DNA from: a virus
Taxonomy: Duplodnaviria > Caudoviricetes
DNA: 62,045 bases
Direction: 5' to 3' (one strand)
Virus record (IMG/VR): IMGVR_UViG_3300021432_000009
Location: 1 to 62,045 of that record
The position numbers and the translations under genes are program-made. The notes under the pieces are model-generated. The model worked only from the letters and a program-made list of their open reading frames with translations, ran no database searches and was not told where the DNA came from. This document shows, piece after piece, positions 8,948 to 18,421 of the stretch (position 1 is its first letter; each line of letters begins with the position of its first letter).

Positions 8948-9239
8948 CTTCATCTGCTTCTCCCTCCGTCTCGACCCAGACACCTATCTGGAGGTTCTTT
9001 CCTATGCAAAGCGACAGCGGCTTAACAAAACCGATGCCCTCCGCGAGCTCATCGACTTCGGAATTATTAGCGCAGCGGGGGACGACGCACGGCGACTTCA
9101 CGGTCAACGCGCGCATCTCGCAGCGCCTCAAGGCCGTCATTCAGGAGGAACCAAACTGGCCCAAACTAGCTGCATATCAGCAAGAAGCAATCCACATGAT
9201 CCTTCACAAGATCAGCCGAGCCGTTGCCGGCAACGCTGA
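8931..9239 (+). CDS. Ribbon-helix-helix protein overlapping the next gene
   Basis: GGAGG RBS before TTG; FSLRLDPD...AKRQRLNKTDALRELI. Confidence 0.45.
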   Translation: MPKAINFICFSLRLDPDTYLEVLSYAKRQRLNKTDALRELIDFGIISAAGDDARRLHGQRAHLAAPQGRHSGGTKLAQTSCISARSNPHDPSQDQPSRCRQR

Positions 9240-9306
9240 CTTTAAGGATCATTGGGACGACATAGCAGGCTACGCGAAGCTGGTATCCGACCGATGCACG
9301 TCGTAG
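9004..9306 (+). CDS. DUF6378-like protein
   Basis: RGTTHGDF...MILHKISR..G...DHWDDIAGYA; start uncertain. Confidence 0.75.
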   Translation: MQSDSGLTKPMPSASSSTSELLAQRGTTHGDFTVNARISQRLKAVIQEEPNWPKLAAYQQEAIHMILHKISRAVAGNADFKDHWDDIAGYAKLVSDRCTS

Positions 9307-10391
9307 CGCCTCCATTCGCCCATTCGTCCGGCCCACGTACTGCGAAGCTCGCCTTCGTCGCAGAGTGTTGGGGCGAGCAAGAAGACATGGCTGGGCGCCC
9401 GCTTGTCGGCAACGCGGGCCAGGAGTTCACGCGGTTGCTGTGCGAAGCGGGGATAGACCGCAGAGAGTGCTTTCTAACTAACACCATCGCCGCAAGGCCG
9501 CCAGATAACAAGTTCGAAGCACACTTCTGTTGCAAGAAGGGCGAGCTTCCGCCCAACTACGCCCTCCCGCCACTGTCGCAGGGCAACTATCTGAAGCCGG
9601 AGTACTGCGGGGAGCTAGATCGCCTATGCGAAGAACTATGCACGGTTCGGCCAAACCTCGTCGTAGCCCTCGGCGCAAAGGCCCTATGGGCGCTAAGCGG
9701 CAGCAGTGCCACAGGAGCTATGCGGGGAACAGTAGCTACTTCACGATTCGTATTGCACCAGGGCAATGGCTCGCACAGTCTAGCTACACAGAAGATACTA
9801 GCGACGTATCATCCTAGCTATCTATTCAAAGTATGGTCACATAGGCCAATCGTCCTAGCCGACTTGATGAAAGCGAAACGCGAAGCCGCCTTCCCCGAGG
9901 TCCGCCGCCCCGAACGCACCGTGCTAGTCCGCCCGACGATCGGCGAGATCGAAGAGTTCTACGAGTTTAACCTACGAGATGCCGCCTGCATCGCCGTGGA
10001 TATTGAGACGAAGGCGGGGCAGATCAGCGATATTGGCTTCGCTCCCTCGCGCCGTAAGGCAATGGTAGTGACCTTTCTCGATCCGAAGAAGGCTGACGCG
10101 AGCTATTGGGAGTCGCCAGTACTTGAAGTCGCCGCGTGGAAGTGGGTGCAGAGGATACTCGCCTTGCCTTGCAAGAAGCTATTCCAGAACGGCGTCTTCG
10201 ATATCTCGTACTTGATGAAACAGGGACTGAGAGTAGTGAACTGCGCAGACGACACGATGCTACTTCACCACAGCTACTATCCTGAGCTGCAGAAAAGCCT
10301 TGCGTTCCTCGGGTCCATCTATACGAGCGAGCCGGCGTGGAAGCTTATGGTTAGGCACAAGAAAGAAGAGTTGTTGAAGAAAGATGAGTAG
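9294..10391 (+). CDS. Uracil-DNA glycosylase family 4-like domain plus 3'-5' exonuclease (N-terminal half of split DNA polymerase)
   Basis: AECWG.QE...PLVG.AG, TN, RPP.N, LG..A, TYHPS (UDG); DIET, QNGVFD, DDTM (Exo I/II). Confidence 0.85.
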   Translation: MHVVAPPFAHSSGPRTAKLAFVAECWGEQEDMAGRPLVGNAGQEFTRLLCEAGIDRRECFLTNTIAARPPDNKFEAHFCCKKGELPPNYALPPLSQGNYLKPEYCGELDRLCEELCTVRPNLVVALGAKALWALSGSSATGAMRGTVATSRFVLHQGNGSHSLATQKILATYHPSYLFKVWSHRPIVLADLMKAKREAAFPEVRRPERTVLVRPTIGEIEEFYEFNLRDAACIAVDIETKAGQISDIGFAPSRRKAMVVTFLDPKKADASYWESPVLEVAAWKWVQRILALPCKKLFQNGVFDISYLMKQGLRVVNCADDTMLLHHSYYPELQKSLAFLGSIYTSEPAWKLMVRHKKEELLKKDE

Positions 10392-10400
10392 GGATACGCA

Positions 10401-10607
10401 ATGGTCGATGCATACGAACGTGAACAGCAAGCGCTACACAATCAGCAAAAGCGCGAGAGATTAGAACTCGCTGAAGCTAAGGCCAAGATAGCACGTCTGC
10501 GCGCGGCGCTCAAGCCATTCGCAGAGGTCTTTCGCGGTGAGCGGCTGAATGCAGGCCCAGTTGATTGGCAACAAGCAAGTGAAGTTTACACGAATACAGT
10601 ACAATGA
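10401..10607 (+). CDS. Hypothetical coiled-coil protein
   Basis: LRAALKPFA motif; lies between the polymerase halves. Confidence 0.6.
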   Translation: MVDAYEREQQALHNQQKRERLELAEAKAKIARLRAALKPFAEVFRGERLNAGPVDWQQASEVYTNTVQ

Positions 10608-10993
10608 GCACTGAAGGCTGCCCCGCCGAATACGTATACCTCGCGTCGCCGTACTCGCACCACGACGCCGCGGTGCGTGCGCTTCGTTTCCTCGAAGCTG
10701 AGCGCTGTTCGCACTGGCTTCTTCTCCGTAGGAACTGGAATTACTCTCCGATTGTCTACTGCCACTTGATGGCCCAGAAGTTCGGCCTTCCGACTGACTT
10801 CGCCTATTGGCAGGACTTAAATCGCGCCATGCTAGTCTACAGTCGCGCGATGTACATACTGACGATTGATGGCTGGCGCAACAGCACGGGGATCGCCGGA
10901 GAGCGCGAGTTCGCGGAGGGCGAGGGGATACTAGTAAGGTATATCGAACCGTATCTCGACGCATATCAGATACTGGCGAAGCCGCCATGCTAG
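10604..10993 (+). CDS. DUF1937 / nucleoside 2-deoxyribosyltransferase-like protein
   Basis: YLASPYS, SPI..H, GW..S.G...E...A. Confidence 0.75.
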   Translation: MSTEGCPAEYVYLASPYSHHDAAVRALRFLEAERCSHWLLLRRNWNYSPIVYCHLMAQKFGLPTDFAYWQDLNRAMLVYSRAMYILTIDGWRNSTGIAGEREFAEGEGILVRYIEPYLDAYQILAKPPC

Positions 10994-12501
10994 TTCGCAC
11001 GCAAGACCTCAAGCAAGGCGAGGTGACAGAAGATAATTTGCAAATATATAACGGACTTGATTGCTGTATCACAATGGAGGTCTTCGAGGAGCTATCGACG
11101 CTCAGTAACGCCCCACCGCCTGTCTACGCCTTCTCTCGTGCCTTGCAAGCCCCGATACTCGAAATGTCCCTGCGCGGGTTTCGAATAGACGAGTATGAGA
11201 GACAAAGTAGTCTCGCCTCGCTGCGCGAGAAGCGCACAAAACTTAACTCCGCGTTACAGTTGCTCGCATACGCGGTATGGGATAAGCCACTTAACCCCAA
11301 CGTCGGCGCGCACAAGCAGCAACAGGAGTTCTTCTACCGCCACATGCGGGTACCAGAAATTTGGTCCTCTCAAAAGGGCGAACGCAAGCTTCGCATGAAC
11401 CGAGAAACGCTAGAGAAGATTGAGGTATATCTGTATGCCAGACCAATCGTTGCGTGTATCTTGGCAATTCGTGATCTCAACAAATCAATTGAATTCTTCG
11501 AAACTGAACTGGATTCTGATGGACGGTTCCGAACGAGTTACAATATCGGGGGAACTGAATCATGGCGGCTTTCATCCAGCAAATCCGCCACGGGAACTGG
11601 AGGCAATGCTCAAAATCTTAAACGAGATGATGATATTGCCAAAGGAGAGCTTAGTGTTAGGAAACCCTTCGTCGCCGACCAAGGAATGAAGCTATGCGTC
11701 TTAGATCTCGAACAGGCTGAGTCGAGGGAGGTTGGGCTGATCTTCGGAACACTTTTCAACGACTGGAGATTCCTCGACGCTTGTGAGCAAGGCGATTTAC
11801 ACACCACTACCGCGAGGCTAATATGGCCAGAGCTTGTCCACGACCGCAAATCTGCCGAGGCTCACTTCTATCGTCACTTTACATATCGCGACATGTCCAA
11901 GCGTGGCGGCCATCTCACAAGCTACATGGGCACTGCGTGGACTGCGGCGCGCAGTTTGAAGGTTCCATTGAAGCTAATGGAGATATTTCAATCAGCTTTT
12001 GCGACAGGACCAAAAGCTGCGTTTCCGAGTTTCCCAAGGTGGTGGCGATGGGTAGCACAGGAGTTGCAGACCAAGCATCAGATCACAAATTCGTTTGGCG
12101 TTACCCGGACGTTTTTTGGTCGTCCTAACGACGACACAACGCTTCGCGAAGCAATTGCGCACTCGCCTCAGAGCAGCACGGCAATGCGTACGAACCTCGC
12201 GCTGTGGCGCATTTGGCGATATCTCCCACACGTCCAATTGCTCGCACAGACACATGACAGCGTGACGTTTCAGTTTCGCGACCGCGATGACAATTACACA
12301 AAGGAAGTGCTGCGAGACGCTAGGGCGCTCATGAGCACGCCCTTGCACCTGCCAAATGGCCGCATCTTCGACGTTCCAAGCGACTGCAAAATCGGCTGGA
12401 ACTGGGGAGCCTACGATGCGAAGTACAACCCGAATGGATTGCGCAAGTGGAAGGGCAGCGACGAGCGGAAGAGGCTAGATGGAGTGGATCGCATACTATG
12501 A
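10987..12501 (+). CDS. DNA polymerase family A (polymerase half)
   Basis: YNGLD (Exo III), TESWRLSS, DLEQAESR (motif A), RDMSKRGGHLTSY (motif B), THDS (motif C). Confidence 0.92.
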   Translation: MLVRTQDLKQGEVTEDNLQIYNGLDCCITMEVFEELSTLSNAPPPVYAFSRALQAPILEMSLRGFRIDEYERQSSLASLREKRTKLNSALQLLAYAVWDKPLNPNVGAHKQQQEFFYRHMRVPEIWSSQKGERKLRMNRETLEKIEVYLYARPIVACILAIRDLNKSIEFFETELDSDGRFRTSYNIGGTESWRLSSSKSATGTGGNAQNLKRDDDIAKGELSVRKPFVADQGMKLCVLDLEQAESREVGLIFGTLFNDWRFLDACEQGDLHTTTARLIWPELVHDRKSAEAHFYRHFTYRDMSKRGGHLTSYMGTAWTAARSLKVPLKLMEIFQSAFATGPKAAFPSFPRWWRWVAQELQTKHQITNSFGVTRTFFGRPNDDTTLREAIAHSPQSSTAMRTNLALWRIWRYLPHVQLLAQTHDSVTFQFRDRDDNYTKEVLRDARALMSTPLHLPNGRIFDVPSDCKIGWNWGAYDAKYNPNGLRKWKGSDERKRLDGVDRIL

Positions 12502-12695
12502 AGAAGTGGACATATGAATTTGTTGAGCATGGTGGCTATGACTGCATGACCAGCGCATGGATTATTCGCGACGAGCTAGGCAATATAGTCTGCACGCTTG
12601 ATTTAGCTGACTATGGGCAAGTTAACTGTGACTATGAGTTTCGCAGCGAAGAAGCAGAAGCGAACGCAAAGGAAATTGCAGGGCTACATCCATGA
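12498..12695 (+). CDS. Hypothetical protein
   Basis: ATGA coupling. Confidence 0.55.
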   Translation: MKKWTYEFVEHGGYDCMTSAWIIRDELGNIVCTLDLADYGQVNCDYEFRSEEAEANAKEIAGLHP

Positions 12696-13036
12696 GAGTC
12701 CTCGTCTATGGCGGCCGCACCTTCGGCGACAAGGCTGCGCTCTACGCAAAGCTCGACGCCCTCCATGCCGCCCGGCGTATCACCTGTGTGATATCTGGTA
12801 TGGCCGCGAGAGCAGACTCGCTCGCAGTCGGCTGGGCGTACGCGAATGGCGTGGACTTCGAATCGTACCATGCAGACTGGCGACTATACGGCAAGTCCGC
12901 CGGCGTAGTGCGTAATAAGAAGATGCTCTTCGAGGGCAAGCCAGACGTGGCAGTAGCCTTCCCTGGCGGGCGCGGCACAGCGGATATGACAATGCGAGTG
13001 CGCAAGGCAAACGTTGAGCTAATCGAGGTATCATGA
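12692..13036 (+). CDS. DUF2493 / SLOG (YspA-like) protein
   Basis: RVLVYGGR, SGMA..AD, AG..RN..ML, AFPGGRGT. Confidence 0.85.
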   Translation: MRVLVYGGRTFGDKAALYAKLDALHAARRITCVISGMAARADSLAVGWAYANGVDFESYHADWRLYGKSAGVVRNKKMLFEGKPDVAVAFPGGRGTADMTMRVRKANVELIEVS

Positions 13037-13254
13037 CAAAACTTTTATTAAAGTTGCCCGGCAAACTTGGCTTCATTTACCGTGAACTTGTGCATCTTGC
13101 GACTGAGGACGCAAAAGAACTTACTAAAGTTTCAATCGTCGGAACTCCAGCGTATTGGTTTGTAGACGAAAATAACAACTTTGCAATCTGGCCATTACCT
13201 AAGAATAACAAAGCTGAGATCGTAGTTGAGATCTCATATCCATCTCGGACTTGA
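13033..13254 (+). CDS. Hypothetical protein
   Basis: Coupled ORF, AT-richer than its neighbours. Confidence 0.5.
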   Translation: MTKLLLKLPGKLGFIYRELVHLATEDAKELTKVSIVGTPAYWFVDENNNFAIWPLPKNNKAEIVVEISYPSRT

Positions 13255-13264
13255 CTGAAATGTT

Positions 13265-14449
13265 ATGGCGCAGGACTTTATTGACTCATTTCTATCCTAC
13301 ACGGAGCAAATCTCGTCTCCGTACATCTTCCGCCTCTGGGCCGGCATCGCTGGCGTCGCAGGGGCACTCGAGCGCCGTTGCTGGGTTAAGGCCCTTCCGC
13401 AACCAACCTACGCAAATCTGTTCGTACTACTAGTAGCTGCGCCGGGGATAGGCAAAGGAGTAATTGATGAGATCACTAGGATTTGGCGCCAAGTTAAGCG
13501 CCTTCATCTTGCTCCAGATAGCGTTACTAGCGCCAGTCTACTTGATAGTCTTCTTGAAGCCGACCGAAAGGTTGTGCATAATGGGAGTCTTGCCTTCGAG
13601 TATCACTCCCTCATCGTTCCAAGTGAAGAGTTTGGAGTTCTCGTCCCCTCTCACGATCTTGAGTTTCTCTCGCGACTCAACCGAATATTCACTAATCCTG
13701 ACGTGCTCCGGGTCCGTCGAAAGTACCTTAAGGAGGAAGTAAGTATTGTGAACCCACAGATGACCATCCTCGCCGGCACGCAGCCAGGTTACCTCGGCTC
13801 GCTTCTTCCGGAGGAAGCATGGAGTATGGGCTTCACGCAGAGATTGCTGCTCATACACTCATCTCTCGGCGCCGACGTGGAGCTATTCGGCGACTATTCG
13901 TCGCGAGAAGGCGCTGAGCGGACCCTTGTCCGCTCAATGGAACAAATGTCCGTCGCAATGGGCCAGTTTCAGTGGGAGCCTTCCGCCGCGAAGGCGCTCT
14001 CGAAGTGGCACAGCGCCGGCGGCCCGCCGAAGCCAGAGCATCGGCGGCTCACGCACTATGTCAACAGACGCACGCAATTCATGTTAAAGCTGATGTTGAT
14101 TTCGTCTGCCAGCCGTGGGGAGCTACCAATTATAACTGATTTCGATTACGAGCGAGCCCTTACGTGGCTTCTCGCCGCCGAGGCCTCGATGCCCGACGTG
14201 TTCCGCGAGATGGTGCAGAAGAGTGACGTTCATGTTATCAACGAACTAGTTCGCTTTGCGTGGCAATTGTACCTGCGTAGCAAGCATAAGCCAATTCATG
14301 AGGCGAGGTTACATGCGTTTCTTGCTGAGCGAGTGCCGAGCGAGAAGGTGCCACATATACTTGCGCTGGCGATACGAAGTGGTCATCTTGAACAAGACAA
14401 GAACGATGTGAAGTGCTACAAACCCAGGCCGAAGGACGAACTGCAATAA
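13265..14449 (+). CDS. DUF3987-family P-loop ATPase (putative replicative helicase-like)
   Basis: NLFVLLVAAPGIGKG, EEFG, LAGTQP, GFTQR. Confidence 0.75.
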   Translation: MAQDFIDSFLSYTEQISSPYIFRLWAGIAGVAGALERRCWVKALPQPTYANLFVLLVAAPGIGKGVIDEITRIWRQVKRLHLAPDSVTSASLLDSLLEADRKVVHNGSLAFEYHSLIVPSEEFGVLVPSHDLEFLSRLNRIFTNPDVLRVRRKYLKEEVSIVNPQMTILAGTQPGYLGSLLPEEAWSMGFTQRLLLIHSSLGADVELFGDYSSREGAERTLVRSMEQMSVAMGQFQWEPSAAKALSKWHSAGGPPKPEHRRLTHYVNRRTQFMLKLMLISSASRGELPIITDFDYERALTWLLAAEASMPDVFREMVQKSDVHVINELVRFAWQLYLRSKHKPIHEARLHAFLAERVPSEKVPHILALAIRSGHLEQDKNDVKCYKPRPKDELQ

Positions 14450-14461
14450 CGGAGGAACGAA

Positions 14462-14596
14462 ATGTTTGCAATACAAGTAGTAGATACGAGAAAAGTATTC
14501 GGCCCATTTACCTCAGCAGACGAGGCTGCAGTATGGGCTCAAGGCAAGATAATAAATGTATGGGTTATAATCTGGATACAAAAGCCAACGAAATGA
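14462..14596 (+). CDS. 44-aa hypothetical protein
   Basis: GGAGG RBS; FGPFTSADEA..WA; translated by hand. Confidence 0.5.
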   Translation: MFAIQVVDTRKVFGPFTSADEAAVWAQGKIINVWVIIWIQKPTK

Positions 14597-14811
14597 CCTT
14601 CGTAATGCGCTACGTAGTGCGCGAGGCCGGCTTTCGCAAGAAGCTAGTCGAAGCTCGCAAGCTTGCCGACGGCAGCGTGAACGAACTATTCGAGCCCATC
14701 GGCTACTTCGTCGTACTTGACCCAGGCGGCCTTGCGTTCCGCCTGGGCGACGAGGATGTGCACTTCACGAAGGGGGAAGCGGTAGAGTTGGTCCTGCGGC
14801 GGGCGCGCTAG
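14593..14811 (+). CDS. Hypothetical protein
   Basis: ATGA coupling; overlaps the convergent lysin gene end. Confidence 0.55.
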   Translation: MTFVMRYVVREAGFRKKLVEARKLADGSVNELFEPIGYFVVLDPGGLAFRLGDEDVHFTKGEAVELVLRRAR

Positions 14812-15427
14812 TGACGAAGGGCACAAAGTCGCCCCACTCGCCATTCGCATCATCGGGGTCGGTATCCAGATTCGCAATAACCTGCGGAACGTGTTGGCGC
14901 AGCGCCCACTGGTTGCTCGCAAGGTACGTCCGCGACCCGGCCCAACCAAGGGAGCAGCTCAGCCAAGTTAAGTCGACGAGCGAACTCGCCTTCACACTCG
15001 CGCACACATATCCGCTACCGTACACACCGACGCGAAGCTTACTTCCGTCGAATGCCGAGCGAATGGCAGAGAAGTAAGGAAGGACTAGCTTGCGCACTTG
15101 CGCAGGCCCCGCGTCAGTATCGACTGCGAAGTACACACACGCGCCATCGGGCGCGCCGACTACTCTCGCGTACTTCGCGCAGAACTCCCCGTCGCGCTCA
15201 CCTGCGCCAGCGGAGATGCCCCCATGGGCGAAGTCGCCCCAACCTTCGCACACAAGGCCAAGGCGAAGCCCCGCCTCGGCGAGTGCGCGTGCTTCTGGAG
15301 CTTTGATAGTCTTCTCCCCTTGCGGATTAATTGGCGAGATATAGCGAATGACACTCTCTATCCCATCTGCCTTGATATGAACGATCTGGTGCGTCGCATC
15401 ATGGTTCGTATCGATTATCTTTGTCAT
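14765..15427 (-). CDS. Endolysin, DUF1906 / Rv2525c-like glycoside hydrolase
   Basis: VIRY, VYFAVD.D, VGVYGSG..C, W...S.GW; GAGGAG RBS. Confidence 0.8.
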   Translation of the reverse strand: MTKIIDTNHDATHQIVHIKADGIESVIRYISPINPQGEKTIKAPEARALAEAGLRLGLVCEGWGDFAHGGISAGAGERDGEFCAKYARVVGAPDGACVYFAVDTDAGPAQVRKLVLPYFSAIRSAFDGSKLRVGVYGSGYVCASVKASSLVDLTWLSCSLGWAGSRTYLASNQWALRQHVPQVIANLDTDPDDANGEWGDFVPFVTSAPAAGPTLPLPPS

Positions 15428-15437
15428 CTCAGTCTCC

Positions 15438-16940
15438 TCATTGGTTCTCGTAGACGCCGGAGCCGCGCAGCTCCGCATTGTTGGCAAACGCCGCAGCAGC
15501 ATTGTGCAAGCAATTTGTAGTAGTCGCCGCTGCGGCAAAGTGGCACATTCCGACAACTCCTGTGTTAACATCGAGAAAACCGATAGCCCCCGGCGAGTTC
15601 GTCGTATTCGGTAGAGTAAACGTGACTGGCGACGTGCACGTTCCGATGGCAGTTATCGTCAAGTCGAACTCAATATACGTAGTCTTACCGAGCGTCTTGG
15701 AGCGAGCGGAGTTTACCGTGAACGTTGCTGTGCCGCACGACGGCGATGGCGTAAACGCGCTCCATGCCGTCGCCACGTTCACCCCTGCAATTGATAGCGA
15801 GTTCCCCGACCCGGCGGTGTCATACGTCTTATTCGTTAGCGTATCGGTTGTTGCCCTCGCAACCAGCGTATCCGTGGCCGTAGGTAGCGTTAGAACTGAA
15901 GCGCCTAGCGCGCCCGCCGCCGGCTGTATCGTAAGTGTGCCAGACGTAGCGTTTGCAAACTTCACTAGCCCGGCGAGAGACCCGATGTTGCCCAGGCTAA
16001 GCTGCCCAGAGCCAGACAGCGAGGCATTCGGGAAGCTCAGAATACTGCCCGTCACGGTAACAGTAGACATGTTAAAGATATTAGCTACTGTCATCGTCTG
16101 GTTATTGAAGAATAAGTCGCCACTCGTGTCAATTGGTGGCTGCGTGAGAGTTGGCGAGCCAAGCGTGATTAGATGCTTGTATTGCCCGCCAGATGTCAGA
16201 TTGTCCACCGCAATAGCGGTGTCGTAGGTCGACGCCTGCCCGGTGCTATCGTTCGTTATCTGCAAGCCAATGCGATTGGTCGCCGTCGCGCCGCTCGGAA
16301 TAGCCGTTTCAATCTGCACACCTGTCAAGTTCGGCTCAGTCGCCCCACTCGCCAGCTGTGCTATCGCGTCGATACTCTCGAGAAATCCACTGGAGCTCGT
16401 CTGGTTTGAGAACGCATTCGCAGTTAGCGCGATCTGGTCGTGCCCCGTCGCATTCTGGTTATTCAGTATCTGCACTAGCGCGCCCATCGCATTCGTGCCA
16501 GTCGTAGCGCCATCGGACAACGACACCGACAGGCCGCGCGTCGAGGCATTCAGAAGGCCATTCGTAGTACCCGCAGTAGTCGGCCCGACGTTATTCGCCA
16601 CGTTAATCGCGTTATACGCGAGCGGCCCAGTCGGCGTCCCACTCGCAGGGCTCGACTGCGTAACAACAACGCCCTGGTTAGTCGTATTCGCAGCAGGGTT
16701 AATGACAATGCCTGTCACGGTGACAATGCCAACCACCGAGTTATACGACGCAATAATATCTAGTAGCGTCTGCCGAGCGTTAAACGGGGTGATCGCGCCT
16801 GTGTTCTGATCTGGCCACAAAGAGTTAACCTCTGCCGCGAGAACAGATGGCGACTTCGCACTTCCCGTCTGCGCACGCACACTCGCAATAGTCGCGAGTA
16901 GTGCGGCGAGACAAATAGCAATTCTGCTTGTCTTGCTCAT
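15438..16940 (-). CDS. Tail fibre/spike-like protein with N-terminal signal peptide
   Basis: Thr/Ser/Gly/Asn-rich, TLTNKT motif, gp53-like C-terminus (FTLP); MSKTSRIAICLAALLATIASVRA-Q. Confidence 0.7.
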   Translation of the reverse strand: MSKTSRIAICLAALLATIASVRAQTGSAKSPSVLAAEVNSLWPDQNTGAITPFNARQTLLDIIASYNSVVGIVTVTGIVINPAANTTNQGVVVTQSSPASGTPTGPLAYNAINVANNVGPTTAGTTNGLLNASTRGLSVSLSDGATTGTNAMGALVQILNNQNATGHDQIALTANAFSNQTSSSGFLESIDAIAQLASGATEPNLTGVQIETAIPSGATATNRIGLQITNDSTGQASTYDTAIAVDNLTSGGQYKHLITLGSPTLTQPPIDTSGDLFFNNQTMTVANIFNMSTVTVTGSILSFPNASLSGSGQLSLGNIGSLAGLVKFANATSGTLTIQPAAGALGASVLTLPTATDTLVARATTDTLTNKTYDTAGSGNSLSIAGVNVATAWSAFTPSPSCGTATFTVNSARSKTLGKTTYIEFDLTITAIGTCTSPVTFTLPNTTNSPGAIGFLDVNTGVVGMCHFAAAATTTNCLHNAAAAFANNAELRGSGVYENQ

Positions 16941-16942
16941 GG

Positions 16943-18421
16943 CTAGTTCGCATTCACCTTGTCTGTCCAGCCAGCGGCAAGTAGCGCCCCGCCAGCTCCA
17001 TTCGATGTCCAGTAGATGTTCGTACTCTCAAGCATCATCTCAAGGGAGAACACCGAGTTCGTAACAGTAACTCCGCTATTCCCGTTACTGTCGAAAAACG
17101 GTACGTTCCCGCTTGCATTCTGCAAGCCCGCGTAGTTGTTGTTCGGCGCGAGTTGAATTGCGCTCGACGCGCCACCTTTCCACGCCCCAGTAACGACCAA
17201 GTTAATCCTCGTCGCAGTTGGCGGGACGAAGCTGCCCACAGCAACAGCGGCATAGCTCGGCACAGTTGCCGAGTACGTCCCTGCGGTGCCACTCGCCATC
17301 GCTGGTAGCGCCGGCACGTTAGTGCCCGTCGTTACAGTGTACTGTGTGTGGTTACCGAGCTGCGTAGTGCGCAGCAGATTACTACTGCCGTCTGTCCTCA
17401 CCGCACCGAGGCGGCACTTATATGAATAGCCGTTTGGCATCGTAGGTGCAGTCGCGCTGAGCGACCCCAATACCGCCCCCGCGGAGCCGTTGTCGATAAC
17501 CCATATATGATACCAGGTACTTGCGGCGATAGTGCCTGTGTCGAGCCCGTTGGCGCCATTCACCGTGAAGTTAACAGATGGCGTCCCAGGTATCCGCGAG
17601 ATCGTCTGCCCGCCAGTGGTGATTGATGTAACTTGGTCCCCTCGAACATCCATTATGATGTTCGGACTCGTGGAGTCGTTTGTTATCTTCAAGCCAATTG
17701 CGCCGCAGAGCGTCTGCGGAGTCGTCGCAGCTTGCGAGTTCGGCAAGTTCAAGATGTGGAAGTTGCCCTGCGTCGCGCTATAGACTACGCTCACGACATT
17801 GCTGGGCGAACCCGCTACGATCTCGCCGCCGGTGAGCGCAACCGCGCCAGTGGAGGTATCCTTCACAACTGCAATTGCGCCGAAGGCACTCGGATTAAGC
17901 GTAGTCGCCCCGGTATTGCTCGACAGCGGAACGAATTGTATGACGCTGCCGTCAGTGCCGTTAAACCCCGCATCGACGACTGTGATCGCGTTTGGCGTGC
18001 CGACAGCTTGCCCGGCCCAGAAGACAGAGTTGCTAGCTGACGTATCCGTCGTCAGCTGGTCGTAGAGAAGCGTGCCAGTTGAGCTATCGCACTGCGTCGG
18101 TGGAGTCGTGCACTTGTAGACTTGCTGCCTATACGTCCCTACGCCATATATGATTGCTTCGCCATTTGCATCGAGAATGATCGGACAGGCATTGAGCGTA
18201 GCCTGCGCCGCGTCCTGCCAAGTGTTCTTGCAAACGCTCGTGTTGGGTGTGAACATGTAGACGCTGCCGCCCGCCGCCGGCACGCCATTGCCGTCGATAA
18301 ATTGTTGCTTGCCGTTCGGCAGCAGAGTCGCCGCGTACGCGGCGACAGAAGTACACAGTAGCAGCGCAATCGTGGCCGATAGGCCGCAGGCCCACCTATG
18401 TAATTCCATACGTGGCCTCAT
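16943..18421 (-). CDS. Tail fibre protein (head-binding-like N-domain) with signal peptide
   Basis: QF.D.NG.P..GG.VY...TWQD...PI.LD.NG.A domain preceded by hydrophobic AYA signal; NGLDTG, WYH motifs. Confidence 0.75.
   Translation of the reverse strand: MRPRMELHRWACGLSATIALLLCTSVAAYAATLLPNGKQQFIDGNGVPAAGGSVYMFTPNTSVCKNTWQDAAQATLNACPIILDANGEAIIYGVGTYRQQVYKCTTPPTQCDSSTGTLLYDQLTTDTSASNSVFWAGQAVGTPNAITVVDAGFNGTDGSVIQFVPLSSNTGATTLNPSAFGAIAVVKDTSTGAVALTGGEIVAGSPSNVVSVVYSATQGNFHILNLPNSQAATTPQTLCGAIGLKITNDSTSPNIIMDVRGDQVTSITTGGQTISRIPGTPSVNFTVNGANGLDTGTIAASTWYHIWVIDNGSAGAVLGSLSATAPTMPNGYSYKCRLGAVRTDGSSNLLRTTQLGNHTQYTVTTGTNVPALPAMASGTAGTYSATVPSYAAVAVGSFVPPTATRINLVVTGAWKGGASSAIQLAPNNNYAGLQNASGNVPFFDSNGNSGVTVTNSVFSLEMMLESTNIYWTSNGAGGALLAAGWTDKVNAN
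18389..18417. repeat. Dispersed dyad repeat copy B
   Basis: GGCCCAC-CTA-TGTAATTCCA-TAC-GTGGCC over the 5' end of the tail fibre gene. Confidence 0.8.

Noticed and set aside
10391-10987. Intron or intein splitting polA
   Set aside because: The intervening ORFs are not homing endonucleases, and no intein terminal motifs or group I features were seen
15438-18421. Diversity-generating retroelement or invertible tail-fibre cassette
   Set aside because: No reverse transcriptase, invertase or template/variable repeat pair was detected
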